Positions 38,456 through 49,377 are shown, counted from the first letter of the stretch. The stretch: DNA of 64,000 bases from Thermoanaerobaculia bacterium (GCA_963666565.1 OY762911.1:2624001-2688000), one strand, 5' to 3'. The notes: generated by a model not told the origin, from the sequence alone. Program-made: numbers and translations.

Positions 38456-39703
38456 ATGACGCGCAAGAAAGCCGTGCTCGCCTACAGCGGCGGCCTCGAC
38501 ACCTCCGTCATCCTGCGGACGCTGCAGGAGCGGGGGTTCGACGTCGTCGCCGTGATCGTCGACGTCGGGCAGCGGGAGGACTTCGACGCCCAGGCCCGCC
38601 GGGCGGAGGCGATCGGCGCCTCAAGGGTCTACGTCGAGGACGTCCGGCGCGAGTTCGTGACGGACTTCATCTACCCGGCGGTCGCCGGCAACGCCGTCTA
38701 CGAGAACCGCTACCTGCTCGGCACCGCGCTGGCGCGGCCGCTGATCGCCAGGCGCCAGGCCGAGATCGCGATCCGCGAAGGCGCCGACGTGCTCTCCCAC
38801 GGGGCCACCGGGAAGGGAAACGACCAGGTCCGGTTCGAGTTCGGCTACGCCGCGCTCGCGCCGCACATCGAGGTCTACGCGCCGTGGAAGGACGCGGAGT
38901 TCCTGAAGCGCTTCCAGGGCCGCACCGATCTGCTGAACTACGCTGAGGAACAGGGCATCCCGATCGAGGCCTCGTCCGAGAAGCCGTACAGCATGGACGA
39001 GAACCTGATGCACAAGAGCTACGAGGCCGGCCTGCTCGAGGACCCGATGCAGGCGCCGACCGAGGACATGTTCTCGCTCAGCGTGTCGCCCCTCGACGCC
39101 CCGGACGAGCCGACCGGGATCGAGGTCGAGTTCAAGGACGCTCGCCCGGTCCGCGTCCGCGACCGGACGAACGGCGTCGAGCACACGGACCCGCTCGCGC
39201 TGTTCGAGTATCTGAACGAGGTCGGCGGCCGGAACGGGATCGGCCGGATCGACATCGTCGAGAACCGGTTCGTCGGCATCAAGTCCCGCGGCGTCTACGA
39301 GACCCCCGGCGGCACGATTCTCCACCACGCCCTGCGCGACCTCGAAGGCGTGGCGATGGACCGCGAAGTTCAGCGCCTGCGCGACGGCCTGTCACCGAAG
39401 TTCGCCGAGCTGATCTACAACGGTTTCTGGTTCTCGCCCGAGATGGAGTTCATTCGCGCCGCGTTCCAGCAGGCCGAGCGGATCATCGACGGCACGGTTC
39501 ATCTGCGCCTCTACAAGGGAAGCGTGACGATCCTCGGCCGCGAGTCGCCGAGTTCGCTGTACGATCGGAACCTGTCTTCGATGGACGTCGAGGGCGGCTA
39601 CGACCAGACGGACGCCCGCGGCTTCATCCGCATCAACGCGCTCCGGCTCAAGGCCCACCAGGTCATCGTCGGCGGCCGCGGCGGCGAAGACGAAGGCGCC
39701 TAG
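38456..39703 (+). CDS. argG: Argininosuccinate synthase
   Basis: Motifs [34 protein letters not shown] and [10 protein letters not shown]. Confidence 0.98.
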   Translation: MTRKKAVLAYSGGLDTSVILRTLQERGFDVVAVIVDVGQREDFDAQARRAEAIGASRVYVEDVRREFVTDFIYPAVAGNAVYENRYLLGTALARPLIARRQAEIAIREGADVLSHGATGKGNDQVRFEFGYAALAPHIEVYAPWKDAEFLKRFQGRTDLLNYAEEQGIPIEASSEKPYSMDENLMHKSYEAGLLEDPMQAPTEDMFSLSVSPLDAPDEPTGIEVEFKDARPVRVRDRTNGVEHTDPLALFEYLNEVGGRNGIGRIDIVENRFVGIKSRGVYETPGGTILHHALRDLEGVAMDREVQRLRDGLSPKFAELIYNGFWFSPEMEFIRAAFQQAERIIDGTVHLRLYKGSVTILGRESPSSLYDRNLSSMDVEGGYDQTDARGFIRINALRLKAHQVIVGGRGGEDEGA

Positions 39704-39742
39704 GCGCTTGCGCAGCCCGGCCAAGCGCATCGAGGGAGGAGC

Positions 39743-41347
39743 TTGAACGGCGGTCAGGGCGCTCCGGCATCTCTCTCCCGCCGCCAGCGTGCCGCCGCGA
39801 CGGGCGGCGTCATGGCGGCCCTGTTCCTCGGCGCGATGGGGCAGACCAGCCTGACGACGGCGATGCCCGCCATCGTCGCCGACCTGGGCGGTTTCGACCG
39901 CTACACCTGGGCGCTGACCTCCTACCTGGTCGCCGCCGCCGTGACGACGCCTATCGTCGGCCGGTTGGCCGACCTGCACGGGCGCCGGGTGTTCTTCGTC
40001 GTCGGACTCCTGATCCTGATCGTCGGCTCGGCGCCGGCCGCCCTGGCGACGACGATGACGCAGCTCGTCGCGCTGCGGGCGATCCAGGGCATCGGCGGCG
40101 GGATCGTCATGTCGAACTGCATCATCGCGATCGCGGATCTCTTCGCGCCCGAGGAACGGGGCAAGGCCCAGGGACTGGTCGGTGCGGTCGTCTTTCTCGC
40201 CACGGTGGCGGGTCCGCTGGTGGCCGGCCTGGTCACCGATCAGTGGTCCTGGCGCCTGATCTTCGCGGTCAACGTGGTGGCGGGACTCGCCGTGCTGATC
40301 GTCGTCCTGCGGACCTTTCCGGCCCTCCGGCCCGAGGTCGACGACCGCGCGCTGGACCCCGCCGGCATGGCGGCGCTCGCGCTGGCGGTGACGCCGATCA
40401 TGGTCGGGGCCTCCCTGGCCGGGGAGGGCCACGCGCTGACGTCGCCGCGGGTCGGCGGCCTCCTGGCGTTCGGCCTGGCCATGGCCGCGGTCTTCGTGCT
40501 GATCGAGTCGAGAGCGGCCGCTCCGGTCATGCCGCTCGGGATCTACCGCGACCGGACGGTCGCTGCGTCGGTGGCGCTCACCGCTCTGGCCTCCTTCGGC
40601 CTCTACGCCACCGTCCTCTTCGTGCCGCTCTTCGTTCAGAGCGTGCAGGGCGTCTCGGCCACCGGCAGCGGAGGCATCCTGGCGCCGCTGGGCCTCGGCG
40701 TCGTCTTCGGCGCCGTCGCGTCCGGCCAACTGCAGTCCCGGGCCGGCGGAAGCTACCGCCTGCACGGCGTCGCCGGCGGCCTCCTGCTGAGCGGCGGAAC
40801 CTGGCTTCTCTCGACGATGGGGCCGCAGACCGGTCTTGGCGTCGTCTCGGCGTATCTCGCCGTCGCCGGCGTCGGCGTGGGGTGGATCACCACCGTGGTC
40901 ACCGTGGCGGTGCAGAACGCGGTGCCGTTCGCGAGCGTGGGCGTGGCGACGGCTGCGCTTCAGTTCTTCCGGCAGGTCAGCGGTTCGCTGGGTCTGGCGG
41001 TTCTCGGGGCGGCGCTTTCGCTGCGGTTCGCGTCGCGGTTCGAAGCCGGGCTGTCGGATGCGGTCCGGACCGCCGTGGCGCCGGAACAGCTCGAAGCGCT
41101 CAGGAGCGATCCCCGGGTGCTGGCGGATCCGGTCGCGGCCGACGCGCTGAGGGCGTCCCTCGCCGAGACGGGCCCGGAGGCCGCCGAGACGGCGGAAGAT
41201 CTGATCGGCGGGTTGAACGCCGCCGTGGCCGGAGCGGTGGGGGACGCGCTGGTTCTATGCGCCGCGGTCACGGCGATCGGAGTCGTCGCGGGCCTGTGGC
41301 TCAAGCCCGGCGCCGCCGGCGAGGCGACGCCGGCGGCTTCGTCCTGA
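39743..41347 (+). CDS. MFS drug:H+ antiporter (DHA2/EmrB-QacA-like)
   Basis: Motif A GRLADLHGRR, RAIQGIGGG and GPLVAG, with about 14 TM helices. Confidence 0.9.
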   Translation: MNGGQGAPASLSRRQRAAATGGVMAALFLGAMGQTSLTTAMPAIVADLGGFDRYTWALTSYLVAAAVTTPIVGRLADLHGRRVFFVVGLLILIVGSAPAALATTMTQLVALRAIQGIGGGIVMSNCIIAIADLFAPEERGKAQGLVGAVVFLATVAGPLVAGLVTDQWSWRLIFAVNVVAGLAVLIVVLRTFPALRPEVDDRALDPAGMAALALAVTPIMVGASLAGEGHALTSPRVGGLLAFGLAMAAVFVLIESRAAAPVMPLGIYRDRTVAASVALTALASFGLYATVLFVPLFVQSVQGVSATGSGGILAPLGLGVVFGAVASGQLQSRAGGSYRLHGVAGGLLLSGGTWLLSTMGPQTGLGVVSAYLAVAGVGVGWITTVVTVAVQNAVPFASVGVATAALQFFRQVSGSLGLAVLGAALSLRFASRFEAGLSDAVRTAVAPEQLEALRSDPRVLADPVAADALRASLAETGPEAAETAEDLIGGLNAAVAGAVGDALVLCAAVTAIGVVAGLWLKPGAAGEATPAASS

Positions 41348-41431
41348 CGGGGCGCCGACCCCTCCTGACCCGACTGGGCTGGAAGTCGGGTGCCGAGGGC
41401 CAACGCGGAATCTGCGACGGGTTTGACGGCG

Positions 41432-42403
41432 CTAGCTCGAGAGCGCCGCGAGCTTCTCGGTCAGCAGCGGCACGACCGCCTTGTAGTCCTCGACGATGCC
41501 GAAGCTGCAGTGCTTGAAGATCGGCGCGTCGGCGTCCGTGTTGATCGCCGCGACGACCTTGCTGTCGCCCATGCCGAGGAGGTGCTGGCTGGCGCCGGAG
41601 ATCGCGATGGCGATGTAGAGCTCGGGGGCCACCTTCTTGCCGGTCTGGCCGACTTGCCAGTTCGGGGGCACCCAGCCGGCGTCGCAGGCGGCGCGCGAGG
41701 CGCCCTGCTCGGCGCCGATCGTGTCGGCGAGTGCCTTCAGTTCCTGGAAGGGCTCGGGGCCGCCGAGTCCGCGGCCGCCGGAGACGATGACCTGGGCGTC
41801 CTCCAGGCGGACGCCTTCCTGTTCCGCCACTTCGCGGCCGGTGACGCGGATGCGCGGGGGATCGAGCGCCAGATCGACCGACGTCACCTCGCCGGGCGAC
41901 GGCCGCTCGGGCGCGGGTTCGAAGCCGCGGGCGCGCAGCCAGACGACCGCCGGCTGCTTCTTCAGCCGGTAGATCGAGATCGCCTTGCCGCCGTAGGCGG
42001 TGCGCTGGGCCAGCAGCTCGCCGCCGTCCATCCGGATCGCGGCCGCGTCGGCCATCGAGGCGCCGCCCAGGCGGTGGGCGAGCCGGGGCGCGAGTTCCTG
42101 GCTGTAGGTGTCGTTGCCGAGCAGCACGGCGACGTAGTCGCCGCCGCCCGCGGCGTGGAGCTGCTGCGCCGCCTGCAGCGCCTGTTCGGGCTGGACGTCG
42201 CGGAGCTCCTCGTTGGCGCCGGCCACGACGCGGTCGGAGACGGCCGCCAGGGCCGCGAGCGCCTCGTCGCCGGCCGGGCCGATCACCAGGGCGTGGAGTT
42301 CGCCGCCGACGCTGTCGGCCAGGGCGCGTCCGGCGCCCATCGCGCCCTGCGCGGCGCGGTCGTAGCCGAAGCTGCCAAGAACACAGACTGCAACGTTCGC
42401 CAT
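41432..42403 (-). CDS. etfA: Electron transfer flavoprotein alpha subunit
   Basis: Motifs [32 protein letters not shown] and [11 protein letters not shown]. Confidence 0.95.
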   Translation of the reverse strand: MANVAVCVLGSFGYDRAAQGAMGAGRALADSVGGELHALVIGPAGDEALAALAAVSDRVVAGANEELRDVQPEQALQAAQQLHAAGGGDYVAVLLGNDTYSQELAPRLAHRLGGASMADAAAIRMDGGELLAQRTAYGGKAISIYRLKKQPAVVWLRARGFEPAPERPSPGEVTSVDLALDPPRIRVTGREVAEQEGVRLEDAQVIVSGGRGLGGPEPFQELKALADTIGAEQGASRAACDAGWVPPNWQVGQTGKKVAPELYIAIAISGASQHLLGMGDSKVVAAINTDADAPIFKHCSFGIVEDYKAVVPLLTEKLAALSS

Positions 42404-42425
42404 CGTTCCTTCTCCTTCTCCCGCG

Positions 42426-43250
42426 TCAGCCGATCGAGGCCACGACTTCGTGGATTCGCTTCGCCAGTCGGTCCACGCGATCCTCCAGCGTGTCGCCCTC
42501 GGCCAGTTCGCATTCGACCTCGTCCGCCGGGACGAAGATCTCCTCGACCTCGAAGATCGACGAACCGGCCCGGATCTCCTCGCTGTCCAGGTCCAGGTCG
42601 GCGAGGCTCAGCTTCCGGAGCGGCTTGCGGTAGGACATCATGACGTCCCGCGTCTTCGGGATGCGCGGCACGTTGTCCTCGTTGTTCGTGATCGTGACGA
42701 CGAACGGCGGTTCGGCCTCCGCGACCTCGATGCCGACGTCGGTCTGGCGGCGCAGGGTGACGGCGCCGTTGCCGGGCGCGAGATTCTCTACGAACCCCAG
42801 CGCCGGCCGCCCGAGTTCCTCGGCCAGCATGCCGCCGGTCTGGCCGGTGCCCCAGTCGCCCGACTCGCGGCCGACCAGGACGGCGTCGAACGGCCCGCCG
42901 TCCTCTTCGAGTTGCCGGATCGCCGCCGCCAGCACCCGCCCCACTGCGGCAGCGTCGGGGTTCGCGTTGCCGTCGCGCTCCACCAGGCACGCCTCGTCCA
43001 CGGTCATCGCCATCGCCTTGCGCAGGCAGTCCTCCGCGGACGACTCGCCGTAGCAGAGCGCGGTCACCTTGACGCCGCCGCCCGCCGCCTCCCTGAGCTG
43101 CAGGGCGGTCTCGACCGCGTTCTCGCAGAAGATGTTCGTCACGAGGTTCGCGCCGCCGCGTCTGGCGGCCTTGGCGGCGGGATCGATCTGGAAGTCCCGG
43201 GCGGGAACGTCCGGGTCGAGGATCTGCTTCAGGCAGACGAGCACTCTCAT
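42426..43250 (-). CDS. etfB: Electron transfer flavoprotein beta subunit
   Basis: Motifs VCLKQILD, ENAVETAL, GRESGDWGTGQTG and PRIP. Confidence 0.93.
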   Translation of the reverse strand: MRVLVCLKQILDPDVPARDFQIDPAAKAARRGGANLVTNIFCENAVETALQLREAAGGGVKVTALCYGESSAEDCLRKAMAMTVDEACLVERDGNANPDAAAVGRVLAAAIRQLEEDGGPFDAVLVGRESGDWGTGQTGGMLAEELGRPALGFVENLAPGNGAVTLRRQTDVGIEVAEAEPPFVVTITNNEDNVPRIPKTRDVMMSYRKPLRKLSLADLDLDSEEIRAGSSIFEVEEIFVPADEVECELAEGDTLEDRVDRLAKRIHEVVASIG

Positions 43251-43305
43251 TCTGGGTTCTCCTTGCCGGAACGGCTGGCGCCTGAGCCGATCGCCGCGGC
43301 GCCGG

Positions 43306-43971
43306 CTAGCTGTCGGCCCCTCCGGCGGCTGCTTCGGTTCGTCCGGCGTCCCGGTTCAGCACCGCCGAGACCGCCATCCGGGTCACTTCCGCCACCACTT
43401 CGTCGCCGTCGAGGCGGCCGTCGGCGCGGTACCAGCGGGAGATCCACAGGATCATCCCCACCAGGCTGAAGGCGCCGACCGTGGGATCGAGGCCGAGGAC
43501 CTTACCCTCGTCGCGGAGGGCGGCCAGGGTGTCGGCGATGAAGTCGACGTAGTCCCGCTGCCTGCCGATGATGTCGGCGCGGTCGTCGGGCAGCAGCCCT
43601 TCGAGCTCGTTGACCAGGATGGTCAGCGCCGAGGAGTCCTGGGTGATCAGCCGGGCGTGGCGGGCGACGATCGTCTCCAGGCGGGCCTGCGGATCCTCTA
43701 CCCGCCGCGCCGGCTCGATGACCTGCTCGTCGAGCTGGTCCATGGCGAAGCCCATGATCGCGAACAGGAGATCCTGCTTGCCCTTGATGTAGTAGTAGAG
43801 GCCTGCCTTGGTCAGGCCCACCGCGGCCGCGATGTCGTTGATCGACGTGGCGTGGTAGCCCTTGCGGTGGAAGATCCGCGCCGCGCTGCGGTAGATCTCC
43901 GCCCGCCGGTCCCGGTCCCGGTCGGCCGAACCCTGGACGGCGCGGAGGACCGCGTTGTCCAGGACGGTCAT
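43306..43971 (-). CDS. TetR/AcrR-family transcriptional regulator (KstR2/PaaR-like)
   Basis: HTH sequence AARIFHRKGYHATSINDIAAAVGLTKAGLYYYIKGKQDLL and C-terminal WISRWYRADG. Confidence 0.93.
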   Translation of the reverse strand: MTVLDNAVLRAVQGSADRDRDRRAEIYRSAARIFHRKGYHATSINDIAAAVGLTKAGLYYYIKGKQDLLFAIMGFAMDQLDEQVIEPARRVEDPQARLETIVARHARLITQDSSALTILVNELEGLLPDDRADIIGRQRDYVDFIADTLAALRDEGKVLGLDPTVGAFSLVGMILWISRWYRADGRLDGDEVVAEVTRMAVSAVLNRDAGRTEAAAGGADS

Positions 43972-44004
43972 CGGATGGGCGTTCCTGTGCGGGTCACGGC
44001 GGTT

Positions 44005-44033
44005 AGTCTACCGACCGCCCGGTAGGTTCGCAA
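44005..44033 (-). promoter_or_regulatory. tetR-etfBA promoter TTGCGA-N17-TAGACT with a palindromic operator ctaccg-accgcc-cggtag (44008-44025) covering the spacer and part of the -10
   Basis: -35 at 44033-44028, -10 at 44010-44005, and a 6-bp perfect inverted repeat between and over them. Confidence 0.75.
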
Positions 44034-44072
44034 CGGGCCGCGGCGTCGCTCGTGCTGCGAGAGCGGGCTCAG

Positions 44073-44390
44073 CTACGCGACCGCGCCCAGACCGTTCTTC
44101 TCGACCAGGGTCAGGAGCTTCAACGAGGCGCCCCGCGGTCTCTTCTGTCCCCGCTCCCACTGGCTCACCAGGCTCGTGGTCACGTTCAGGTAGCGCGCAA
44201 ACACGGCCTGGCTCGCCCGCTCCCGCCGCCGCAGATCGCGAATGTCCTCCGGCGTCATTTCCCGGACCGGGGTGAGGCACATCTCGTCGAACTCCCGCAT
44301 GGTCCGTCTCGACAGGATCCCCGCCTCCGCCAAGCCCTGTGCCGCCTCATGCGCGGAAGCGAACGCCTCACTCTTGTACTGCTTCTTCAT
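44073..44390 (-). CDS. XRE/HTH antitoxin (HigA/YiaG-like)
   Basis: IRDLRRRERASQAVFARYLNVTTSLVSQWERGQKRPRGASLKLL. Overlaps the 3' end of the toxin gene. Confidence 0.88.
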   Translation of the reverse strand: MKKQYKSEAFASAHEAAQGLAEAGILSRRTMREFDEMCLTPVREMTPEDIRDLRRRERASQAVFARYLNVTTSLVSQWERGQKRPRGASLKLLTLVEKNGLGAVA

Positions 44391-44757
44391 TGCACTTCAC
44401 CTCAATGATCGCGCCAACCGCCTCGATCGCGGCGAGGCCCGCGCGATCCAGCGCAAGATACCGCCGAGCCAGCAACCGGAAGGCCCGAAGTTCGTCCTGG
44501 CGAAGATTCGCCCGGTCGCTCTTGGCGAATCCGTGGGCGAAGAAGGCCAACTGGTTGCGGCGAAACAGGATGATCGTCCGGAACCCTCCCGACCGGCCAG
44601 CTCCCTTTCGGGCCATCCGCTGCTTGATGACGCCGCCCCCGAGGTCGGCAGCGACGAGTCCTCTCTCGGCACGCTGCACCGCGTCGCAAAGAGCGGCATC
44701 GTCCAATCCCATGCGGTCGGCGAAGCGAGCGAACGCCTTGGTCTTGAAGGTCTGCAA
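44368..44757 (-). CDS. RelE/ParE-family type II toxin
   Basis: FKTKAFARFA...ADLGGGVIKQRMAR.G.GRSGGFRTI...FFAHGFAKSDRANL, in toxin-first gene order. Confidence 0.88.
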   Translation of the reverse strand: MQTFKTKAFARFADRMGLDDAALCDAVQRAERGLVAADLGGGVIKQRMARKGAGRSGGFRTIILFRRNQLAFFAHGFAKSDRANLRQDELRAFRLLARRYLALDRAGLAAIEAVGAIIEVKCNEEAVQE

Positions 44758-44791
44758 TCCCGGTCCCGCGAACGCCTGTCGTCACAGAGCA

Positions 44792-44821
44792 TGTGTAGCA
44801 CCCAGTGCGACGTTTCGTCAA
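44792..44821 (-). promoter_or_regulatory. Toxin-antitoxin promoter (TTGACG...TGcTACACA) with imperfect palindrome gtagcac-cca-gtgcgac (44795-44811)
   Basis: -35 TTGACG at 44821-44816. A 6/7 inverted repeat overlaps the -10, as expected for autorepression. Confidence 0.6.
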
Positions 44822-44991
44822 CCGGCCGTAGGGACCTCGCGCGTCTCGCCGGGGAGGGCTTGACGTGCCGAGGTCTGCCTGTTCGCCATTCGCTGGAGCA
44901 TCGCTTTCGCGGAGAGGCGTCCCGCTGGTTGGAGGCGGCTGCCATGAGCGACCTGGGCGTCGTCTGCTGGATGGCGGTGCTTTGACGGGAT

Positions 44992-47151
44992 TCAGGGCGC
45001 TGCCTGGTCGGAGTCGCCGACCGCGTCCCACAGCAGTTCGGCCACGTCCCTGACCTTCACGTCGCGGTCGCCGCGGCGGGCGTTGACGCCGTCGTCGAGC
45101 ATCGTGGCGCAGAAGGGGCAACCCACGGCCACCACGTCGGCGCCGGTGTCGACCGCCTCCTGGGCGCGTTCCTGGTTGACGCGCTGGTCGGGCGGCTCGT
45201 CGACGAAGGCCATGCCGCCGCCGCCGCCGCAGCAGAAGCTCTCGTTGCGGCTGCGCTTCATCTCGACCTGGCGCGCGCCGCCGACCTTGGCCAGAAGGTC
45301 GCGCGGGGCGTCGTACTCGCCGTTGTGGCGGCCGAGATAGCAGGGGTCGTGGAAGGTGATCGTCGAGCCGCCGTTCCCGTCCGCCGCGCCGTGGCCTCCG
45401 CGCGCCCGGCCGACGGCCGTGCCGGCCGGTTCGCGCGCGGCGCGTCCCGCGCCGTTCGGGGGCCCGGCGAGACGGCCCGATTCCAGCAGTCGGTCGAGGA
45501 ACTGGGTGTGGTGGAACACCTCGTAGCTGCCCCCGAACTGCGGGTACTCGTTGCGGAATGAGTTGAAGCAGTGCGGGCAGGAGGTGACGACCTTGCGGAC
45601 GCCGTAGCGGTCCAGCGTCTCGACGTTGCCCTTGGCCAGCATCTCGAACAGGAACTCGTTGCCGACGCGGCGGGCCGGGTCGCCTGTGCAGGACTCCTCG
45701 CGGCCGAGGATCGCGAACTTGACGCCGGCCTTCTTGAGCAGCTTCGCGGTGGCTCGGACGGTGTTCCGGTTGCGCTCGACGAGGGCCCCGCCGCAGCCGA
45801 CCCACATCAGGACCTCGGCCTCGCGCGGATCGTCCATCTCGGCCATCACGTCGATGTCGAGGCCCTCGGTCCAGTCGACGCGGTTGAACTGCGTCCCCGC
45901 GAACGGGTGTTTCCGCTGTTCGAGCGAGTTCATCATGTCCATCATCCCTTCCGGGAAGTCCGCCTCTTCCATGACGAGGTAGCGGCGGGCGTCGACGATC
46001 TTCGGCATCTGTTCGATGTGGACCGGGCAGGCCTCCATGCAGGCGGCGCAGGTGGTGCAGGAGAACAGTGCCTCCGGCGCCATGGCCGTCTTCTCGTCGA
46101 TGACCGGAAGCAGTTCGCCGCCGCCGTTGCTGTCGTTGCCGCCGGCGCCGCCGTTGCCGTTGGCCGCTCCGGCGCCCAGGAGGCCGTCGCCCCGCTCGTG
46201 CATCAGCTTCTGCAGGTCGAGGATGATGTCGCGCGGCGACAGGCTCTTGCCCACCGTGTTGGCGGGGCAGACGTCGGTGCAGCGGCCGCATTCGGTGCAG
46301 GCGTCGAAGTCGAGCAGGTCCTTCCAGGTGAAGTCGCCCAGGTGGTTGATCCCGAACCGCTCGGCGGTCTCGAAGTCGATCGCCTTGAGGCTGCCGCCGT
46401 AGCCGTCCAGGTTGGCGGTGAAGATGTTGAGGGGCGCGGTGAAGACGTGCGACATCTTGCTGAACGGCACCCAGGCGATCCAGCCGAACGCCACCACCAG
46501 GTGGAACCACCAGATGACCACGTGGCCGGTCTGCATCGCCGCGTCGCTCATCAGCGGGTCCGAGGCCATGGCGAACAGGTTGCCGATCGGCGACCAGGCG
46601 GCCCAGACATCGTCGGTGACGGCGATTCGCCAGCCCTCGATCATGAAGCCGGTCAGGGCCATCGTGAAGATGGTGACCAGAATCCAGCTCGCTTCGTCGG
46701 TGTAGACCAGCAGCTTCGGCCTCGAGATCCAGCGTCGAATCGCGGCCAGCGCCACCCCGACCATCACGAACAGGCCGAAGACGTCGACGATCAGCGACTG
46801 GAAGATCAGGTAGAAGTGCCCCTTCATGATGTGCAGGGGCGTGTCGTGGTGGATGGCGACGACCGTGGTGGCCAGGAACAGCACGATGAAGCCGGTGTAG
46901 ACGAGCGTATGGAAGACGCCCGCGTAGCGGCGCCTGACCGTGCGGCCCTGGCCCACGGCGTTCCTCAGGAAGAGCTTCAGGCGCTCGCCCGGCCGGTCGA
47001 AGCGGACGGCCGGCTGGCCGGCCCGCCAGCGGCGGATCTTGAGCCAGAACCCCCAGCCGAAGACGGCCAGGGTGGGGACCATCAGGACGTACACCAACCA
47101 CGTGTACTGGATGTTCCAGAAGACCTCTCGGGTTGCCTGGGTGGGGTCCAT
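44992..47151 (-). CDS. Membrane Fe-S oxidoreductase (FadF/EtfD-like; TM region, two [4Fe-4S] motifs, CCG domains)
   Basis: N-terminal TM helices, then [47 protein letters not shown] and GCPFC. Start ATG 47151. Confidence 0.9.
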   Translation of the reverse strand: MDPTQATREVFWNIQYTWLVYVLMVPTLAVFGWGFWLKIRRWRAGQPAVRFDRPGERLKLFLRNAVGQGRTVRRRYAGVFHTLVYTGFIVLFLATTVVAIHHDTPLHIMKGHFYLIFQSLIVDVFGLFVMVGVALAAIRRWISRPKLLVYTDEASWILVTIFTMALTGFMIEGWRIAVTDDVWAAWSPIGNLFAMASDPLMSDAAMQTGHVVIWWFHLVVAFGWIAWVPFSKMSHVFTAPLNIFTANLDGYGGSLKAIDFETAERFGINHLGDFTWKDLLDFDACTECGRCTDVCPANTVGKSLSPRDIILDLQKLMHERGDGLLGAGAANGNGGAGGNDSNGGGELLPVIDEKTAMAPEALFSCTTCAACMEACPVHIEQMPKIVDARRYLVMEEADFPEGMMDMMNSLEQRKHPFAGTQFNRVDWTEGLDIDVMAEMDDPREAEVLMWVGCGGALVERNRNTVRATAKLLKKAGVKFAILGREESCTGDPARRVGNEFLFEMLAKGNVETLDRYGVRKVVTSCPHCFNSFRNEYPQFGGSYEVFHHTQFLDRLLESGRLAGPPNGAGRAAREPAGTAVGRARGGHGAADGNGGSTITFHDPCYLGRHNGEYDAPRDLLAKVGGARQVEMKRSRNESFCCGGGGGMAFVDEPPDQRVNQERAQEAVDTGADVVAVGCPFCATMLDDGVNARRGDRDVKVRDVAELLWDAVGDSDQAAP

Positions 47152-47212
47152 GGAGGCCACTGTACCGCCGACTCGAAACATCCGGCAATGCCGGTCAGTC
47201 GCCGGGCCGCCT

Positions 47213-47306
47213 TAACCTCTTGTTCATGAAGGACTTACGGCGAGTCGGAGAGGCGCACCGTATTCGGTGCGGAATGGCCGTAAGTTACTGAAAACAAAGG
47301 GGTTAC
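47213..47306. other. Inverted pair of AT-rich quasi-palindromic sites flanking a small hairpin
   Basis: 47213-47241 taacctcttgttcatgaaggacttacggc versus the reverse complement of 47277-47305 taacccctttgttttcagtaacttacggc. Central hairpin cgcaccg-tatt-cggtgcg at 47254-47271. Confidence 0.6.
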
Positions 47307-47402
47307 AAGGTATGAGGATGGTTGCTTTCCGCAGGGTTTTCCGCAGCTTCTGCGGAACTGGCCGCTCACCGGGTGCGCGGGTCTCCGGCGCCGCGGGTTC
47401 GC

Positions 47403-49322
47403 TCAGCGCGCGGCCGGGCGGGGATAGCCCAGTTCGGCGAGTGTCCGCTCGATCTCGTCGAGGATCGCCGGATCGTCGATCGTCGGCGGCACGGCGTAGG
47501 GCTCGCCGTCCGCGATGCGCCGCATGGTGCCTCGCAACACCTTGCCGGACCTCGTCTTCGGCAGGCGTTCGACGATCCCCGCGACCTTGAACGAGGCGAC
47601 CGGACCGAGCTGGTCGCGCACGCTTTGCACCAGCTCGGGGACGATCTCCGCCTCGGTGCGGCCGGCGCCGGCGTAGAGCACCGCCAGCCCGAGCGGCACC
47701 TGTCCCTTGAGCGAGTCGGCGACGCCGATCACGGCGCACTCGGCGACGTCCGGGTGCGAGGCGAGGATTTCCTCCATCGCGCCGGTGGACAGCCGGTGGC
47801 CGGCGACGTTGATCAGGTCGTCCGTCCGGCTCATGATGTAGAGGTAGCCGTCCTCGTCCAGGTAGCCGGCGTCGCCGGTCTCGTAGTGGCCCTCGTAGGC
47901 GGCGAGGTAGGAGTCGACGTAGCCCTCGTCGTTCCGCCACAGCGTCGGCAGGCAGCCGGGCGGAAGCGGCAGGCGCAGGGCGATCGCTCCGGTCTCGCCC
48001 GGGGGCATCTCTTCGACCGGGCCGCCGCCGGCGTCGTCGCGGAGGATCCGCACGTCGTAGCCGGGCACCACCTTCGTCGGCGAGCCGTGCTTCACCGGCA
48101 GCGCGCCCAGCCCCACGCAGTTGGCCGCGATCGCCCAGCCGGTTTCGGTCTGCCACCAGTGGTCGATGACCGGCACGCCCAGCTTCTGCTCGGCCCACCG
48201 CACGGTGTCCGGGTCGGCCCGTTCGCCGGCGAGGAACAGGGTGCGCAGGCTGCTCAGGTCGAAGTTCCCGATCAGCTCGCCGCGCGGGTCCTCCCGCTTG
48301 ATCGCGCGGAAGGCGGTCGGCGCCGTGAACAGCGCGGAGACTCCGTGTTCGGAGATCACCCGCCAGAAGGCGCTGGCGTTCGGCGTGCCGACCGGCTTGC
48401 CCTCGTAGAGCACGCTCGTGCAGCCGTGGATCAGCGGCGCGTAGACGATGTAGGAGTGCCCGACCACCCAGCCGATGTCCGACGCGGCCCAGTAGACCTC
48501 GCCCGGCGCCGCGCCGTAGACGTTGGCCATGCTCCAGTCGAGCGCCACCAGGTGGCCCCCGTTGTCGCGGACGACGCCCTTGGGCACGCCCGTCGTGCCG
48601 GAGGTGTAGAGGATGTAGAGCGGGTCGGTGGCCCGCACCGGAACGCAGTCGGCCGGTTCGGCCGCGGCCATCGCCTCGTGCCAGTCGCGGTCGCCGTCGC
48701 CGAGTTCGGCGCGGTGCTGGGGACGCTGGAGCAGGACGGTCGCGCCCGGCTTGTGTGCGGACATGGCGATCGCCTCGTCGAGCAGGGGCTTGTACTCGAC
48801 GATGCGGGCGATTTCGATGCCGCAGGAGGCGGCGAGGACGACCTTCGGCCTGGCGTCCTCGATCCGCGTCGCGAGTTCCTTCGAGGCGAAGCCGCCGAAG
48901 ACGACCGAGTGGACCGCGCCGATGCGGGCGCAGGCGAGCATGGCGACTGCCGCCTCCGGCACCATCGGCATGTAGATCAGCACCCGGTCGCCCTTCTCGA
49001 CGCCGAGGCTGCGCAGCACGCCGGCGAGCCGGGCGGTCCGGTCCCGCAGCTCGGAGTAGGAGAGCGTGCGCGTCGTGCCGGTGACGGGGCTGTCGTGGAT
49101 CAGGGCCGGCTGGTCCCCCCGCCCGGCCTCGACGTGCCGGTCCACGGCGTTGTAGCAGGTGTTGACCTCCGCTCCCGCGAACCAGCGGTGGAACGGCGGG
49201 TTGGAGTCGTCCAGCACCCGGTCCCAGCGCCGGTACCAGGAGATCGCCTCGGCGGCCTCGGCCCAGAAGCCCTCCGGGTCGCGCCGGGCCCGGCGGAGGG
49301 TCTCTTCGTAGCGGCTGTTCAC
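47403..49322 (-). CDS. prpE: Propionyl-CoA synthetase (acetate/propionate-CoA ligase)
   Basis: Motifs YILYTSGTTGVPKG, SDIGWVVGHSY, EGKPVGTP, DHWWQTETG and LPKTRSGK (acylation-site Lys). Confidence 0.9.
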   Translation of the reverse strand: MNSRYEETLRRARRDPEGFWAEAAEAISWYRRWDRVLDDSNPPFHRWFAGAEVNTCYNAVDRHVEAGRGDQPALIHDSPVTGTTRTLSYSELRDRTARLAGVLRSLGVEKGDRVLIYMPMVPEAAVAMLACARIGAVHSVVFGGFASKELATRIEDARPKVVLAASCGIEIARIVEYKPLLDEAIAMSAHKPGATVLLQRPQHRAELGDGDRDWHEAMAAAEPADCVPVRATDPLYILYTSGTTGVPKGVVRDNGGHLVALDWSMANVYGAAPGEVYWAASDIGWVVGHSYIVYAPLIHGCTSVLYEGKPVGTPNASAFWRVISEHGVSALFTAPTAFRAIKREDPRGELIGNFDLSSLRTLFLAGERADPDTVRWAEQKLGVPVIDHWWQTETGWAIAANCVGLGALPVKHGSPTKVVPGYDVRILRDDAGGGPVEEMPPGETGAIALRLPLPPGCLPTLWRNDEGYVDSYLAAYEGHYETGDAGYLDEDGYLYIMSRTDDLINVAGHRLSTGAMEEILASHPDVAECAVIGVADSLKGQVPLGLAVLYAGAGRTEAEIVPELVQSVRDQLGPVASFKVAGIVERLPKTRSGKVLRGTMRRIADGEPYAVPPTIDDPAILDEIERTLAELGYPRPAAR

Positions 49323-49377
49323 GGCGGGCGATGATAGCCGGGCGTCCGGCGCCGGCCGTCTCTGCCGGCCCGCGGCC

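Noticed and set aside
41368-41391. Hairpin acccgact-N8-agtcgggt between convergent MFS and etfA genes
   Set aside because: It has no U-tract on either strand. It might be a terminator, but it is too weak to call.
44052-44408. Plus-strand 118-aa ORF over the antitoxin
   Set aside because: It is antisense to a clear HTH antitoxin and has no independent support.
47267-47590. ORF beginning MRNGRKLLKTKGLQ
   Set aside because: It is a translation of the AT-rich non-coding sites and runs antisense into prpE.
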